Shown here in pieces: positions 27,889 through 36,830 of a stretch of DNA of 39,184 nucleotides. The notes beneath the pieces are model-generated. The model was not told where the DNA came from and did no database searches. It was given only the letters and a program-made list of their open reading frames with translations. Made by a program: the position numbers and the translations under genes. This DNA comes from a virus: UHGV virus genome UHGV-0103155. One strand, given 5' to 3'. Every line of letters begins with the position of its first letter. Positions within the stretch are counted from its first letter, which is position 1.

Positions 27889-28162
27889 CAATATTCACCT
27901 TTATCGCGAACACCTTTACCGGTTTATCTCCGAAGTGCGGATGTGTGATTGTCTTGATTTCATACCCTTCATACGGGACGTCTATTCTGCGGCTGGAATC
28001 GTCGCGCTTCGGATATCCCTTTGTGATAATCAGGCGGTCATACTCGCGGAACATAATTCGCTTATTCCAGTAGTCATTACACAGGCGATACTCTTCCGTT
28101 TTCTCTCCGCGAATCATGGCATCGAAGTATTCACCTTTAACGGCAAGTTGCAGGTTAGCCAC
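27881..28162 (-). CDS. Hypothetical protein
   Basis: 93-aa ORF in tightly packed early-gene array, start/stop coupled to neighbours. Confidence 0.4.
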   Translation of the reverse strand: MANLQLAVKGEYFDAMIRGEKTEEYRLCNDYWNKRIMFREYDRLIITKGYPKRDDSSRRIDVPYEGYEIKTITHPHFGDKPVKVFAIKVNIDG

Positions 28163-28802
28163 GGTTAACCTCCTGCGGTGGTTTTGGTAGCGGCATCCAG
28201 TGGGTTACGTCATCCAAGATATTTCCTGATAAATACGTGAAAGCTCTATATTTTTTGTAATCAATTGGATTTACAACCCAGTTCCAATATGCGGCCACGA
28301 TTTCACCTTGACTAAATGCCAGTAACATTTTGGTGTCTTCCGGCATTCGATCACTACAGCTTATCCAACCATCCGGAATTACCGGAGAGTTGCCGGGTTC
28401 TTTAATGTGCAAGCGAGGCTCACCATCTTTTGGCTCAGGCCACTGGCGCTCCATGTTGATCTTCAATTTATCTTCCATAGCAGCGGTAATTTCAGCATCG
28501 CTGATGCCAGCACGGCGCTGTGCATCCCACAACAGAAACTGCATATCAGCCCACTCGCTAAGATCTTCTGGTTCGGCTGCGGCTTCCAGTGCCTCTTTTG
28601 AGAGGTGTTTCAGTGGACCAATGGGGCCAACGCAGCCAAATGTGGAGTCAGACCATTTGGCATGCTCGTGGCGAATCTGTTCGCGTTCCAGCGATGCCAG
28701 TGCGATTTCATAAGCCAGGCGCTCAATATTGTCTCGCACGTCCAGGCTGCCGATTCGCTCTCTGATTTCTTTAATCAGTTCTTTGTCGGTAAAAGTAGTC
28801 AT
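28155..28802 (-). CDS. DUF550/DUF551-type phage protein
   Basis: 215 aa; C-terminal …THWMPLPKPP… motif typical of DUF551 prophage proteins. Confidence 0.45.
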   Translation of the reverse strand: MTTFTDKELIKEIRERIGSLDVRDNIERLAYEIALASLEREQIRHEHAKWSDSTFGCVGPIGPLKHLSKEALEAAAEPEDLSEWADMQFLLWDAQRRAGISDAEITAAMEDKLKINMERQWPEPKDGEPRLHIKEPGNSPVIPDGWISCSDRMPEDTKMLLAFSQGEIVAAYWNWVVNPIDYKKYRAFTYLSGNILDDVTHWMPLPKPPQEVNRG

Positions 28803-28805
28803 GTG

Positions 28806-29114
28806 TTAGTCCTCATCCACTTCAACGCCATCTTTCAGCGTGATGCCGTGCCAATCATCAGCCCAACTGGTTAGTCCTGGCGCATCAATGCTAGGCATAT
28901 AGACGCTTGCAGTGTGGTAGCCCTTATCGTTATCAATGCTGGCAACGTGCTCGCCGTTGTATGCGCTCAGCGTGTCCAGGACGCTATAAAACTTTCCTCC
29001 GGCTGCCCTGAAATCCTTTACAGCCTTCACAAGGCGATTCCACGCTTTTTCCTGTTCTGGCGTCAGGTCGATTAATTCCTGCAAAGTTGCCATATCACTC
29101 TCCTTTGATGCCAA
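28806..29114 (-). CDS. Hypothetical protein
   Basis: 102-aa acidic ORF in early array. Confidence 0.4.
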   Translation of the reverse strand: MASKESDMATLQELIDLTPEQEKAWNRLVKAVKDFRAAGGKFYSVLDTLSAYNGEHVASIDNDKGYHTASVYMPSIDAPGLTSWADDWHGITLKDGVEVDED

Positions 29115-29451
29115 TGTTTACAGCCTGACAAGCCTCTTTGAGCACCCAGTCAACAGCGTCTTTCCATGCTCCGGTTTCGACTGGCGGATTTTCACTCTTA
29201 ACCTGTTCATAGAAGCGCACCGCTTTAATCAATCCTTCGGGTGTCAGTGGCACAGGCTGGGCCGTGAATAACGCCTGAATTTCATAGTTCGGCCTGTCGT
29301 TGCAATCCTCTTTTGTCGGTACATATTTCCAGTCACCAACCCACGGCTTCTCCTGAAGCGCCGTGTATTCAGCATCATGCTCAAGGGATTTTGCCAGTGC
29401 TGCACATGGTTCTATCTTATTGCCATTAATTTGGCATTTCGACTCGCTCAC
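29095..29451 (-). CDS. Hypothetical protein
   Basis: 118-aa ORF in early array, overlapping neighbours. Confidence 0.4.
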   Translation of the reverse strand: MSESKCQINGNKIEPCAALAKSLEHDAEYTALQEKPWVGDWKYVPTKEDCNDRPNYEIQALFTAQPVPLTPEGLIKAVRFYEQVKSENPPVETGAWKDAVDWVLKEACQAVNIGIKGE

Positions 29452-29753
29452 TGGTTGCCTCCTTTGCGAAGTTTCGCGGCAAAATCAGCCGCAACCTCTT
29501 TGACCATATTGGAAAGCGGAGTGCCACCTCCGAATTTTTCTGAGAACATCTCCACGCCCTGCGCCCTCACTTCAGCCAGGAAAGCATCGGTGGCTGGGGT
29601 TTCGACATTAGGTCGAAGCTCATAATCACAAACTCTTTCAATCCATGGTGATACTCTGTCGCATTTCCTCTTCTTGCGTTCACCGACCTTGGTTGCCTGC
29701 TGAATAATTACCCCCAGCAAATGCTTTCGACCTCTTCGCTCCATCCATCGCAA
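29448..29753 (-). CDS. Hypothetical protein
   Basis: About 100-aa basic ORF in early array. Confidence 0.35.
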   Translation of the reverse strand: MRWMERRGRKHLLGVIIQQATKVGERKKRKCDRVSPWIERVCDYELRPNVETPATDAFLAEVRAQGVEMFSEKFGGGTPLSNMVKEVAADFAAKLRKGGNQ

Positions 29754-30130
29754 GCATCGCCTCTATAGTCGTCAATTGCAGCCTCAGCAGCAGCGATAGC
29801 CTCCTCAGCAGTTTTGTGACACTCGAAACTAAATTCAGAGCCATATGAGAAATACATAGCCCCGGCCTTCAGCGCCGCATTCTCCGCTGCCAGCTCCGAA
29901 AACTTCTCGTGTGCCAACTTAACAGCCGAATCAGCCTGCTTAATTGACTCAATCGCTTTCTGCTGGTCTTCGGCCATCGCATTAGCACGCACCAGTTGCA
30001 CTTCCAGTTGCGTTGCCAAATCGCTGATCAGCTTTGCCACACTGCGCATATCAACGGCACCACATTCTGCTTTCAGTTCCGAAGCCATCTCATGCCCGGC
30101 GGCAACTAACCCTTTGATATTACTTTCCAT
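29708..30130 (-). CDS. Hypothetical protein
   Basis: 140-aa Ala/Glu-rich helical ORF. Confidence 0.4.
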   Translation of the reverse strand: MESNIKGLVAAGHEMASELKAECGAVDMRSVAKLISDLATQLEVQLVRANAMAEDQQKAIESIKQADSAVKLAHEKFSELAAENAALKAGAMYFSYGSEFSFECHKTAEEAIAAAEAAIDDYRGDACDGWSEEVESICWG

Positions 30131-30191
30131 CTTTACCCTCGCTTATCCACATAACTTATTGATTACATTGATAACTAAAAAGATCGTCGAT

Positions 30192-30536
30192 TCAGAACTC
30201 TTCGATGTTCCAGCCACCACCTGCTTTCTTTGGTTTAACCGTTACCCCGATGATTCGGAACGGATACTGATCTGCGGCGACTTTGGTTTTCACCCTGGCG
30301 TCGTCGGTCCAGAAACCTTTCACTTCGTGCAGTTCCATCTCGCCGGTGGCGAGCATCACAGCAAAATCTGGCGTATAGAACGTGTTGTCAGCTAACCGCA
30401 GCTTGATACCCTCAAATCGATACCAGACGATTTCTCCTGCACGTTTACGCAACTCAAGGTGCTGGCAATACGCAGATTCTGTTTTGTTCATCTGGCCTGT
30501 TTTGAGTCGACCAAGAGCCTGTATCTGTTTTCTCAT
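30192..30536 (-). CDS. DUF1064-type phage protein
   Basis: 114 aa, sequence pattern of DUF1064 prophage proteins; operator-like palindrome overlaps its RBS. Confidence 0.45.
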   Translation of the reverse strand: MRKQIQALGRLKTGQMNKTESAYCQHLELRKRAGEIVWYRFEGIKLRLADNTFYTPDFAVMLATGEMELHEVKGFWTDDARVKTKVAADQYPFRIIGVTVKPKKAGGGWNIEEF

Positions 30537-30539
30537 AAT

Positions 30540-30616
30540 TTACCCCTGAGGTAATTAAAAACCACATAAGACACGAAATCAATAGAGTTTAGAATACTTT
30601 GTTACCCAGAAGGTAA
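30540..30616. promoter_or_regulatory. Two palindromic operator-like sites (TTACCCCTGAGGTAA and TTACCCAGAAGGTAA) about 60 bp apart
   Basis: Two perfect TTACC-N5-GGTAA copies in the gap between replication gene P and the DUF1064 gene. Confidence 0.45.
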
Positions 30617-30653
30617 CTATCAAGGCGTAAAAAAATGCGCTATCGCGCTGGTA

Positions 30654-31454
30654 TTACTTGATAAATCCTGCCGCCTTTCCCCGCCTGTATTCCTCCATCA
30701 GCCACTGTGCCGGTGTTATTCCCCCCAATGTGGCGGCGTTAGGCATACACCCGAAACTTCGCCCTGGTGGATGGTAAACGTCTCTCCCTGTGTCCGGAGG
30801 CGTACTCATGGGTTCTGGCTTTGCCTGTATGCTGATCACCGGATCGGGTATCTGCTGTCCGGAAGCTACCTTTTTCGCCCAATCATCGAGCAGCCTGCGC
30901 GCGTGTTTCTCAACCTCAATCTCGCTAAGCTGGCGCTGATACATTGCACGGCGGGTATCACATACGACCCAGTACATAACCGGATGTCGCCACGGGAATC
31001 TTTCGGGACCACCAGGATATAAACTTTTTTCCTTGCTGTACCGGTGAAACTCCGCCATCACATCGTCAATGGTGACGCCAAGAACCATCTTGCTGTCTTT
31101 ACACCACTTGATGAATTGCCCTGGCGACGGCCAGAACGGAGATTCACTGGCGCGGGCGTGGCGCATACCAGCAGAAACCTGTTCACGGGTTCGGATCCCC
31201 CCTTCGGCAAACGCAGCAATCCACTGCTGTTTTGCAGCGACTTCCTGCTCTGGCGTCTTCAGGTTGGTTACCACTGCCGCCGGAAACAGTTGTTTCAGCT
31301 GTTTGAAAAGGGCATCAACAAGCCTCTCTGCTGACATGTTCACCACGTTGTCATTGTTGGTGTACTGATGCTCATAACCTGACATGCGAGAAAGGGCTTC
31401 TCCGTCACGGTTTTGTATCGCGGTAAAAACGTTGTTCACAAGAAATCCTCCCAT
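30654..31454 (-). CDS. Replication protein P-like (helicase loader, lambda P family)
   Basis: Recognisable similarity to lambda P (…GMR.AR…PF.PSPGQF..WC…); overlaps end of O-like gene. Confidence 0.75.
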   Translation of the reverse strand: MGGFLVNNVFTAIQNRDGEALSRMSGYEHQYTNNDNVVNMSAERLVDALFKQLKQLFPAAVVTNLKTPEQEVAAKQQWIAAFAEGGIRTREQVSAGMRHARASESPFWPSPGQFIKWCKDSKMVLGVTIDDVMAEFHRYSKEKSLYPGGPERFPWRHPVMYWVVCDTRRAMYQRQLSEIEVEKHARRLLDDWAKKVASGQQIPDPVISIQAKPEPMSTPPDTGRDVYHPPGRSFGCMPNAATLGGITPAQWLMEEYRRGKAAGFIK

Positions 31455-32251
31455 GCTTCAGGGCTGTTCCAGTGCGGAACGTTGTTATCAGGTAATGTTG
31501 ATAGCTTCTGTCTGCTAATCTGCAGCCGCCTTGCCAGCTTCTGCTCCCACTGTGCCTGATGGTATGCCTTACCCTCAGCCATCCAGTAAATTCTGAACTC
31601 TGCAAGTTCCTGTGCCGTTGGCAGACTGTCCAGGTAGATCCCCTGCAATGAGCTTTTCCGAAGAAAGTCATCTGATGGTTGCCATTGTTCATGCATGACA
31701 AATTTGCCTAATTGCCCTGGCCCACCAGGATGAACAAAGTTATTCATCACGGCGTTGTTTGCGCCGGGGTCATGAGGCACAGAATCCCCGGTTTTTGTCC
31801 TGCTCTCCCTCTCTTGGTTAAATGACTGGTTATATGACTGGTTCTGGATCCCGTTTTTGGGATCATTCAACATCCCGTTTTTGGGATCATTCAACATCCC
31901 GTTTTTGGGTATATTCCCGTTTTCGGGAACATTACCGTTTTCGGGTTCATTACGTCCTTCTAGGTTGCCTTTAATGTTCCCTTTTTTGGTTATATTAAGA
32001 GAGAAAACCCGCACTCTTTTCGTCGCTCCCTTTCTCTCTCCGGTATCTGAAATAAGCCCCATTTTCATGAGCGATATAAGCCCGGCCTGCACGGTTTTTT
32101 TATTCAGGCAAGTGTCTTTAACGAGGCGTTCTATGCTGGGGTAGCAGAGGTTATATTCATCGGCTCTGTCAGCCATCGAGAGCAGTATGAGCTTTAATGA
32201 CGAGCTACCTGGATCTGTCTCCCAGGCCCAATCTGTTGCATGTCTGCTCAT
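31436..32251 (-). CDS. Replication initiation protein O-like (N-terminal HTH, internal Asn/Gly/Pro repeat region)
   Basis: 271 aa; N-terminal wHTH-like region; internal protein repeats NGNVPENGNIPKNGMLNDPKNG encoded by DNA iterons; precedes P. Confidence 0.6.
   Translation of the reverse strand: MSRHATDWAWETDPGSSSLKLILLSMADRADEYNLCYPSIERLVKDTCLNKKTVQAGLISLMKMGLISDTGERKGATKRVRVFSLNITKKGNIKGNLEGRNEPENGNVPENGNIPKNGMLNDPKNGMLNDPKNGIQNQSYNQSFNQERESRTKTGDSVPHDPGANNAVMNNFVHPGGPGQLGKFVMHEQWQPSDDFLRKSSLQGIYLDSLPTAQELAEFRIYWMAEGKAYHQAQWEQKLARRLQISRQKLSTLPDNNVPHWNSPEAWEDFL
31847..31995. repeat. Origin-like iteron array inside the O-like gene
   Basis: Tandem repeats ATCCCGTTTTTGGG (x3, about 24-bp period) then CCGTTTTCGGG (x2) and an AT-rich tract. 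Confidence 0.6.
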
Positions 32252-32266
32252 GATTAATCTCCGCTA

Positions 32267-32467
32267 TCAGCTTGAGTGTTGTGGGGAGGAATTAATCATG
32301 ATCTGCTTAATCTCTGCCCTGATGCGACGGTTTGATTCCATGGTGCACTCAACACAGTGTCCGTTGTAAACCCAGCGTTCACTGTCATGTCCGTGCTTAC
32401 ATGGTTTTCCGGTGTAGTAGCGTTTAAGTCCGCGCTTTGCGGCATCAATACGTGTAATGATTTCCAT
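32267..32467 (-). CDS. Small Cys-containing protein (zinc-finger-like), early regulator candidate
   Basis: About 66 aa from internal ATG; CKHGH…CVEC motif; between cro-like and O-like genes. Confidence 0.4.
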   Translation of the reverse strand: MEIITRIDAAKRGLKRYYTGKPCKHGHDSERWVYNGHCVECTMESNRRIRAEIKQIMINSSPQHSS

Positions 32468-32546
32468 GGTAAGCCCTGTTATTAGTATTGGGATTACGGT
32501 TATTTTGTGCTGACACAAAAAAAAGATCAACCAGATTTGGTTTTTT

Positions 32547-32561
32547 GTTACCTTTTAGGTA
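32547..32561. promoter_or_regulatory. Imperfect operator-like site TTACCTTTTAGGTAC
   Basis: One mismatch to TTACC-N5-GGTAA; between cro-like gene and next early gene. Confidence 0.3.
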
Positions 32562-32617
32562 CGAATAGATATGAAAAGACCGCCGGATGGCGGTCTACAG
32601 AGGGTTGTGGCTGGATA

Positions 32618-32848
32618 TCATGAGTAGAAGAAGTACGCCAGTTCTGCTTTTGAGCGCAGCCATCGTCTTGTTTTACAGGCTTTAAAAAGCCCATTCATCA
32701 ATACCTTACCTGGCATTTTGCGCTTACCTGTTAAGTGAGTCTGGATATAGTGACTCGTCGTTCCGGCTTCCTGTGCGAAGGCTTCACGCTCATCCGGAGT
32801 AAGTGCAAGCCAGTGTTTTTTGAAATCGAAATGTCCGTTATCGCTCAT
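32618..32848 (-). CDS. Cro-like regulator (YdaS-type HTH)
   Basis: 76 aa, divergent from repressor gene; sequence pattern of YdaS/Cro-like small HTH proteins. Confidence 0.55.
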   Translation of the reverse strand: MSDNGHFDFKKHWLALTPDEREAFAQEAGTTSHYIQTHLTGKRKMPGKVLMNGLFKACKTRRWLRSKAELAYFFYS

Positions 32849-32884
32849 AGCTATTGCCTGATATTTATTTCAGATAATAAATAT

Positions 32885-32947
32885 TCACCCATAAGGTAAC
32901 AAAAATCAAGGATAGTTACCCATGGGGTGCATTTACCTGTTGGGTAA
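32885..32947. promoter_or_regulatory. Immunity-region operator cluster: three TTACC-N5-GGTAA-type sites between divergent cro-like and repressor genes
   Basis: Sites near 32885-32899 (1 mismatch), 32916-32930 (2 mismatches), 32933-32947 (perfect); first lies between a TTGATT -35 and -10 of the leftward promoter. Confidence 0.55.
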
Positions 32948-33002
32948 TATTGCTTTAAATTGAATCATCTACTGATTCATATATGAGGCGATTTTCCAGA
33001 AA

Positions 33003-33587
33003 ATGAAAAGTATCCAGGACGTCCGCAGGCAAAATCTCAACGACTTGATCGACCGTGAATTCAATGGTGTTCAGACGCGGATGGCAGAAAAACTTGGAAC
33101 TCAGGCAAATCTGGTAAACCGCTGGGCTCTTGGCAAGAAGGTTATCGGCGACCAGGTTGCGCGAAAAATTGAAGCTGCCGCCAATAAACCCCGTAACTGG
33201 CTTGATATCGATCGCTCGCTTTCTCAGGAAGGTTTTCAGCCTGTCGGCCCAAGCGACATTGGTCAGCTGGCGGCTCACAACCTGGAACGCTGGATGAGCG
33301 AAAGCCGCGACCTTTCAACACAGGGAAAACTTCACCGCGCATCCGGCGTCGCCCAGGTGACAATCAGCCGCCTGTTAAACAATGAGGTCAGCGTTTCCAT
33401 TTCCACCCTGGAGAATGTTGCATCCGCATTCGGGCGTCACGGCTATGAATTACTGATTCACCCGCACGACCCTGCGACTATCAACTATGACCGCTCGCGC
33501 TACGCATTGTTACCCGAAACAGAGAAGGCAAAGATCGAAAGTTACATTGAATTTATCATCAGCCAGAACGAAAAAAACAAACAATAA
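33003..33587 (+). CDS. Prophage repressor with two HTH domains, no S24 peptidase domain
   Basis: 194 aa; two XRE-like HTH segments; no Ser/Lys autocleavage motifs; divergent from cro-like gene across operator cluster. Confidence 0.7.
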   Translation: MKSIQDVRRQNLNDLIDREFNGVQTRMAEKLGTQANLVNRWALGKKVIGDQVARKIEAAANKPRNWLDIDRSLSQEGFQPVGPSDIGQLAAHNLERWMSESRDLSTQGKLHRASGVAQVTISRLLNNEVSVSISTLENVASAFGRHGYELLIHPHDPATINYDRSRYALLPETEKAKIESYIEFIISQNEKNKQ

Positions 33588-33610
33588 AATCATATTTTTC
33601 AGTAAGTAAG

Positions 33611-33632
33611 CCGCCTCATGGCGGCTTTTTTA
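33611..33632 (+). terminator. Rho-independent terminator
   Basis: Stem GCCGCC/GGCGGC with 4-nt loop then T6. Confidence 0.6.
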
Positions 33633-33644
33633 TTGCCAGCAAGA

Positions 33645-33720
33645 TTACCTTATGGGTAATTTTTTTAACTCATATCTATTGACATCAAACCAGATACGCA
33701 TAATAATTACCTCAACGGTA
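33645..33720 (+). promoter_or_regulatory. Rightward promoter region (TTGACA -35) with two operator-like sites (TTACCTTATGGGTAA, TTACCTCAACGGTAA)
   Basis: Two perfect TTACC-N5-GGTAA palindromes bracketing a TTGACA hexamer upstream of the recombination operon. Confidence 0.45.
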
Positions 33721-33740
33721 ACAGACCGAGGTAACAAATT

Positions 33741-33893
33741 ATGCAGTGGAAAATCATCAACGGTTGGTACTGCGTTACTGCATGCGGATTCATGAGCTGG
33801 AAGTTCCGCACCTTACAGGAAGGCATTAAGTGGGCTTTCGTCAGCAAAGAAGCTCGCGATGTGGCCAACGATAACGAGATATGGGAGGGCTGA
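33741..33893 (+). CDS. Small ORF (50 aa), first gene of rightward operon
   Basis: ATG with GAGG SD; Trp/Cys-containing peptide; below ORF-track size cutoff, tentative. Confidence 0.3.
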   Translation: MQWKIINGWYCVTACGFMSWKFRTLQEGIKWAFVSKEARDVANDNEIWEG

Positions 33894-33895
33894 TA

Positions 33896-34195
33896 ATGAA
33901 CGTTAATCAGCAGAAAAATCTTCAAAAAATCATGCTGGCATTCGACAAGGACTACCGCCTGTCAGAACAGCTATATGACCGACAAGTTGAACTGATTGAG
34001 AGCATCCGACTTCATCAACTGTCCTCAACTTTCGACGTTGTAACAGGCAAAGGCGTTCGCCAAGAAGTACTGGAGGCTGCTAAAGACAGCCCTGAGTTCG
34101 AAGAACTGATGGATGCCTATCGGCGAGAGGCAATGGCAATTATCGCCCGCTGGGATCTGGCGGATAAGCTTGATGGACAGAGGGACGCGGCATGA
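33896..34195 (+). CDS. Hypothetical protein
   Basis: 99 aa from internal ATG with GGGAGGG RBS. Confidence 0.45.
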   Translation: MNVNQQKNLQKIMLAFDKDYRLSEQLYDRQVELIESIRLHQLSSTFDVVTGKGVRQEVLEAAKDSPEFEELMDAYRREAMAIIARWDLADKLDGQRDAA

Positions 34196-35091
34196 TGCGG
34201 AACGCTGGAATCATGGATAGAACAAAATACATCGGAGGAAGCGATGTTGCAGGGATTCTTGGAATTAGCCCATGGCGCACCCCGCTTGAGGTTTATCTGG
34301 ATAAGGTCCAGCCACGTGTCAAACCAGTAGACCAAAGCAAGCAGAAAGTTTTCACGCGTGGCCAGCGTATGGAGCCATACGTAATAGACCTGCTTTCTGA
34401 GGAAACAGGGATGGAAATCGTTCATCGCGGAAACCGCTATATCCACCGTGATTACGATTTTATTGCAGCTGAGATCGATGCAGAAGCAGCGTCAGGCGAG
34501 AACATTGAGATCAAAACAGTTAGTCCGTTCAAGGCCAAAGAATGGGGAGAAATCCAGACAGATGCAATTCCTGTGCATTACACGGCCCAGGCCATGCACG
34601 GGTTGATGGTTACAAACAAACAGGTATGCGTTTTCGGTGTGCTTATCGGTGGCGACGACTTCCGAATCTATCGGGTTGAGCGTGATGAAGAAACTATCCA
34701 GGCGATCTTAGAAAAAGAAATCGCTTTCTGGGACCGAGTGAAAAATCTTAACCCGCCGGAAGCTACCAGCGTAAGCGATGTATCGCTGATGTTTGAGAAA
34801 GATGCCGGGACAAGTATCGAGGCTGACGGAAAGGCACTCGCACTATTCAACGATCTACGAGACATGAAATCACGCAGAAAATCACTGGAAGAAGAAATAG
34901 CTATATCAGAAGAGAAGCTGAAGATGTACATGCAAGAGCACTCAGTCCTGACCCTGGACGGAAAGCCGCTCTGCACATGGAAATCTCAGATCAGCAACAG
35001 ATTCGACCAGAAGCTATTCCAGTCAGTACACCCTGAGTTATTCGAAAAATTCAAAACAACAACGACACAACGCGTCTTCAGAATGAAGTAA
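34192..35091 (+). CDS. YqaJ-like viral recombinase exonuclease
   Basis: 299 aa; sequence pattern of YqaJ/lambda-Exo-type PD-(D/E)XK nucleases; immediately upstream of RecT. Confidence 0.7.
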   Translation: MMRNAGIMDRTKYIGGSDVAGILGISPWRTPLEVYLDKVQPRVKPVDQSKQKVFTRGQRMEPYVIDLLSEETGMEIVHRGNRYIHRDYDFIAAEIDAEAASGENIEIKTVSPFKAKEWGEIQTDAIPVHYTAQAMHGLMVTNKQVCVFGVLIGGDDFRIYRVERDEETIQAILEKEIAFWDRVKNLNPPEATSVSDVSLMFEKDAGTSIEADGKALALFNDLRDMKSRRKSLEEEIAISEEKLKMYMQEHSVLTLDGKPLCTWKSQISNRFDQKLFQSVHPELFEKFKTTTTQRVFRMK

Positions 35092-35100
35092 GGAGAAAAA

Positions 35101-36123
35101 ATGTCTATCAATGCACTTAAGGCAGCGGCTACCGGTAACCAAGTTGCACATCATAATGAGAAACCAACAACTCTGGCCGGACTTCTGGCAGACCCAAAAA
35201 TTAAAGCTCAGATGGCTTTGGCACTTCCAAAGCACATGACAGCAGACCGTCTGGCGCGCATAGCAACCACAGAGATCAGAAAGGTTCCAAAACTTGCATC
35301 ATGCGACCAAGCCAGCTTCCTGGGGGCAATTATGCAATGTGCCCAATTGGGTCTTGAACCAGGCGGAGCTCTTGGACACGCTTACCTGATACCGTTCGAC
35401 AAACGCCAGAAAGTAAATGGAAGATGGGAAACCGTATCTACAGAAGCACAGCTGATTATCGGCTATCGCGGAATGATTGACCTTGCCCGCCGCTCTGGGC
35501 AGATCCTGAGTATCTCGGCTCGTACCGTACATACAAACGACAAATTCAGCTACTCATACGGCCTGGAAGAAACGCTCGAGCATTTACCTTGCGAAACAGG
35601 TGACCGCGGAGAATTAACGCACGTTTACGCCGTTGCACGACTGAAAGATGGCGGAGTCCAATTTGAAGTTATGAGCCGGGCAGACGTTGAGAAAGTTCGT
35701 GCACTGAGCAAAGCCGGTAGCAGTGGCCCATGGGTTGATCACTTCGATGAGATGGCTAAAAAAACAGTAATTCGCCGACTGTTCAAATATCTTCCTGTTT
35801 CTATTGAAATGCAGAAGGCTGTTGTTATGGATGAGCGCGCTGAAGCTGGACTTAGCCAAGATAACGCAGCTGTTATCACTGGTGAATATTCCGTAGTTGA
35901 CGATGAGCGTCAACACCTGTCGCCAATTTCAGATTCAGAACGAGAAGAAGCTCGAGAATATATCATCGCGATACTTAATAGCCTGGATCCATCTGCTGAA
36001 GATGCAAAAACGATGTTCAAGCGCGCTGAAAATGAAATTAACACCATGGCTGAAAAGCTCGGTGATGAATATCACCAAAAATTCATGATGACGCTTAACG
36101 ATATGCGTCCAGAATTCGAGTAA
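35101..36123 (+). CDS. recT: RecT-family single-strand annealing protein
   Basis: 340 aa with clear RecT-family character; paired with upstream exonuclease. Confidence 0.8.
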   Translation: MSINALKAAATGNQVAHHNEKPTTLAGLLADPKIKAQMALALPKHMTADRLARIATTEIRKVPKLASCDQASFLGAIMQCAQLGLEPGGALGHAYLIPFDKRQKVNGRWETVSTEAQLIIGYRGMIDLARRSGQILSISARTVHTNDKFSYSYGLEETLEHLPCETGDRGELTHVYAVARLKDGGVQFEVMSRADVEKVRALSKAGSSGPWVDHFDEMAKKTVIRRLFKYLPVSIEMQKAVVMDERAEAGLSQDNAAVITGEYSVVDDERQHLSPISDSEREEAREYIIAILNSLDPSAEDAKTMFKRAENEINTMAEKLGDEYHQKFMMTLNDMRPEFE

Positions 36124-36172
36124 CCACCACCGCGGCGCCACGTGCGCCGCACTGCAACCAAGAGAGGTATTC

Positions 36173-36421
36173 ATGAAAGGTGCATTAGGTAAGAAAGAAC
36201 TCCTGGCGGTGGTGCCACTGTCATGGAGCACTATCGACCGTATGGAGCGCGCAGGGGAATTTCCTAAACGCTGGTATATCACCGATAAACGCTGCGCATG
36301 GAACCGTGATGAAGTTGAGCGTTGGCTTGATGAACGTCAGGCAGCAAGCCCGGCAGAGTTCCAGGGTAAAAAGCCTCCTGTTCAGCAACGTGTATATCGT
36401 CCCGTGAGCAACGCTGCATGA
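36173..36421 (+). CDS. AlpA-family HTH regulator / putative excisionase
   Basis: 82 aa; AlpA/Xis-like pattern (…LSWSTIDRMERAGEFPKRWYI…). Confidence 0.6.
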   Translation: MKGALGKKELLAVVPLSWSTIDRMERAGEFPKRWYITDKRCAWNRDEVERWLDERQAASPAEFQGKKPPVQQRVYRPVSNAA

Positions 36422-36530
36422 GTGCGCTGCTAAGGCACTGGAGCAAATGGTCAGGATGGTACTTATTCCTGGCCTCTGTTTCAGCATGGCTTTATCTGCT
36501 GGCATTAATTTTCAGAGAGGGTTGGATTAA

Positions 36531-36830
36531 GTGAGAAAGTTAAGCCGACTTGAAAAATATCACATGAATAAGGTTTCAATGCGCAGTCCGTCAAAGATTG
36601 TCGCCGTTACTCCTGCGGCGATAGAGATCGAAAAACGCGCGATTGAAAGAGAGAAAAAAGGGCAATTCCGCATTGCCGCTCACCTTTGGCTTCAGTGTAT
36701 GGATGTTGCTTCTGGTGATGTTGAACGTGCAAGGATCGCGGTTCGCAGGGACCAATGTATCACAAAAGGTAACGGCCTTCGCCGTGGCGACTATAGCGGC
36801 ATAGGATGTTGTGGGGTGGTTTATGACTAA
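36531..36830 (+). CDS. PerC/Pch-family transcriptional regulator-like protein
   Basis: About 90-99 aa; segment …FRIAAHLWLQCMDVASGDVERARIAVRRDQC… matches the PerC-family signature pattern. Confidence 0.45.
   Translation: MRKLSRLEKYHMNKVSMRSPSKIVAVTPAAIEIEKRAIEREKKGQFRIAAHLWLQCMDVASGDVERARIAVRRDQCITKGNGLRRGDYSGIGCCGVVYD

Noticed and set aside
31847-31995. Possible CRISPR array suggested by short tandem repeats
   Set aside because: Repeats are about 12-14 bp with 10-24-bp periodicity, lie inside a replication gene and encode protein repeats; this is an iteron origin, and no cas genes or 28-37-bp repeats exist in the window
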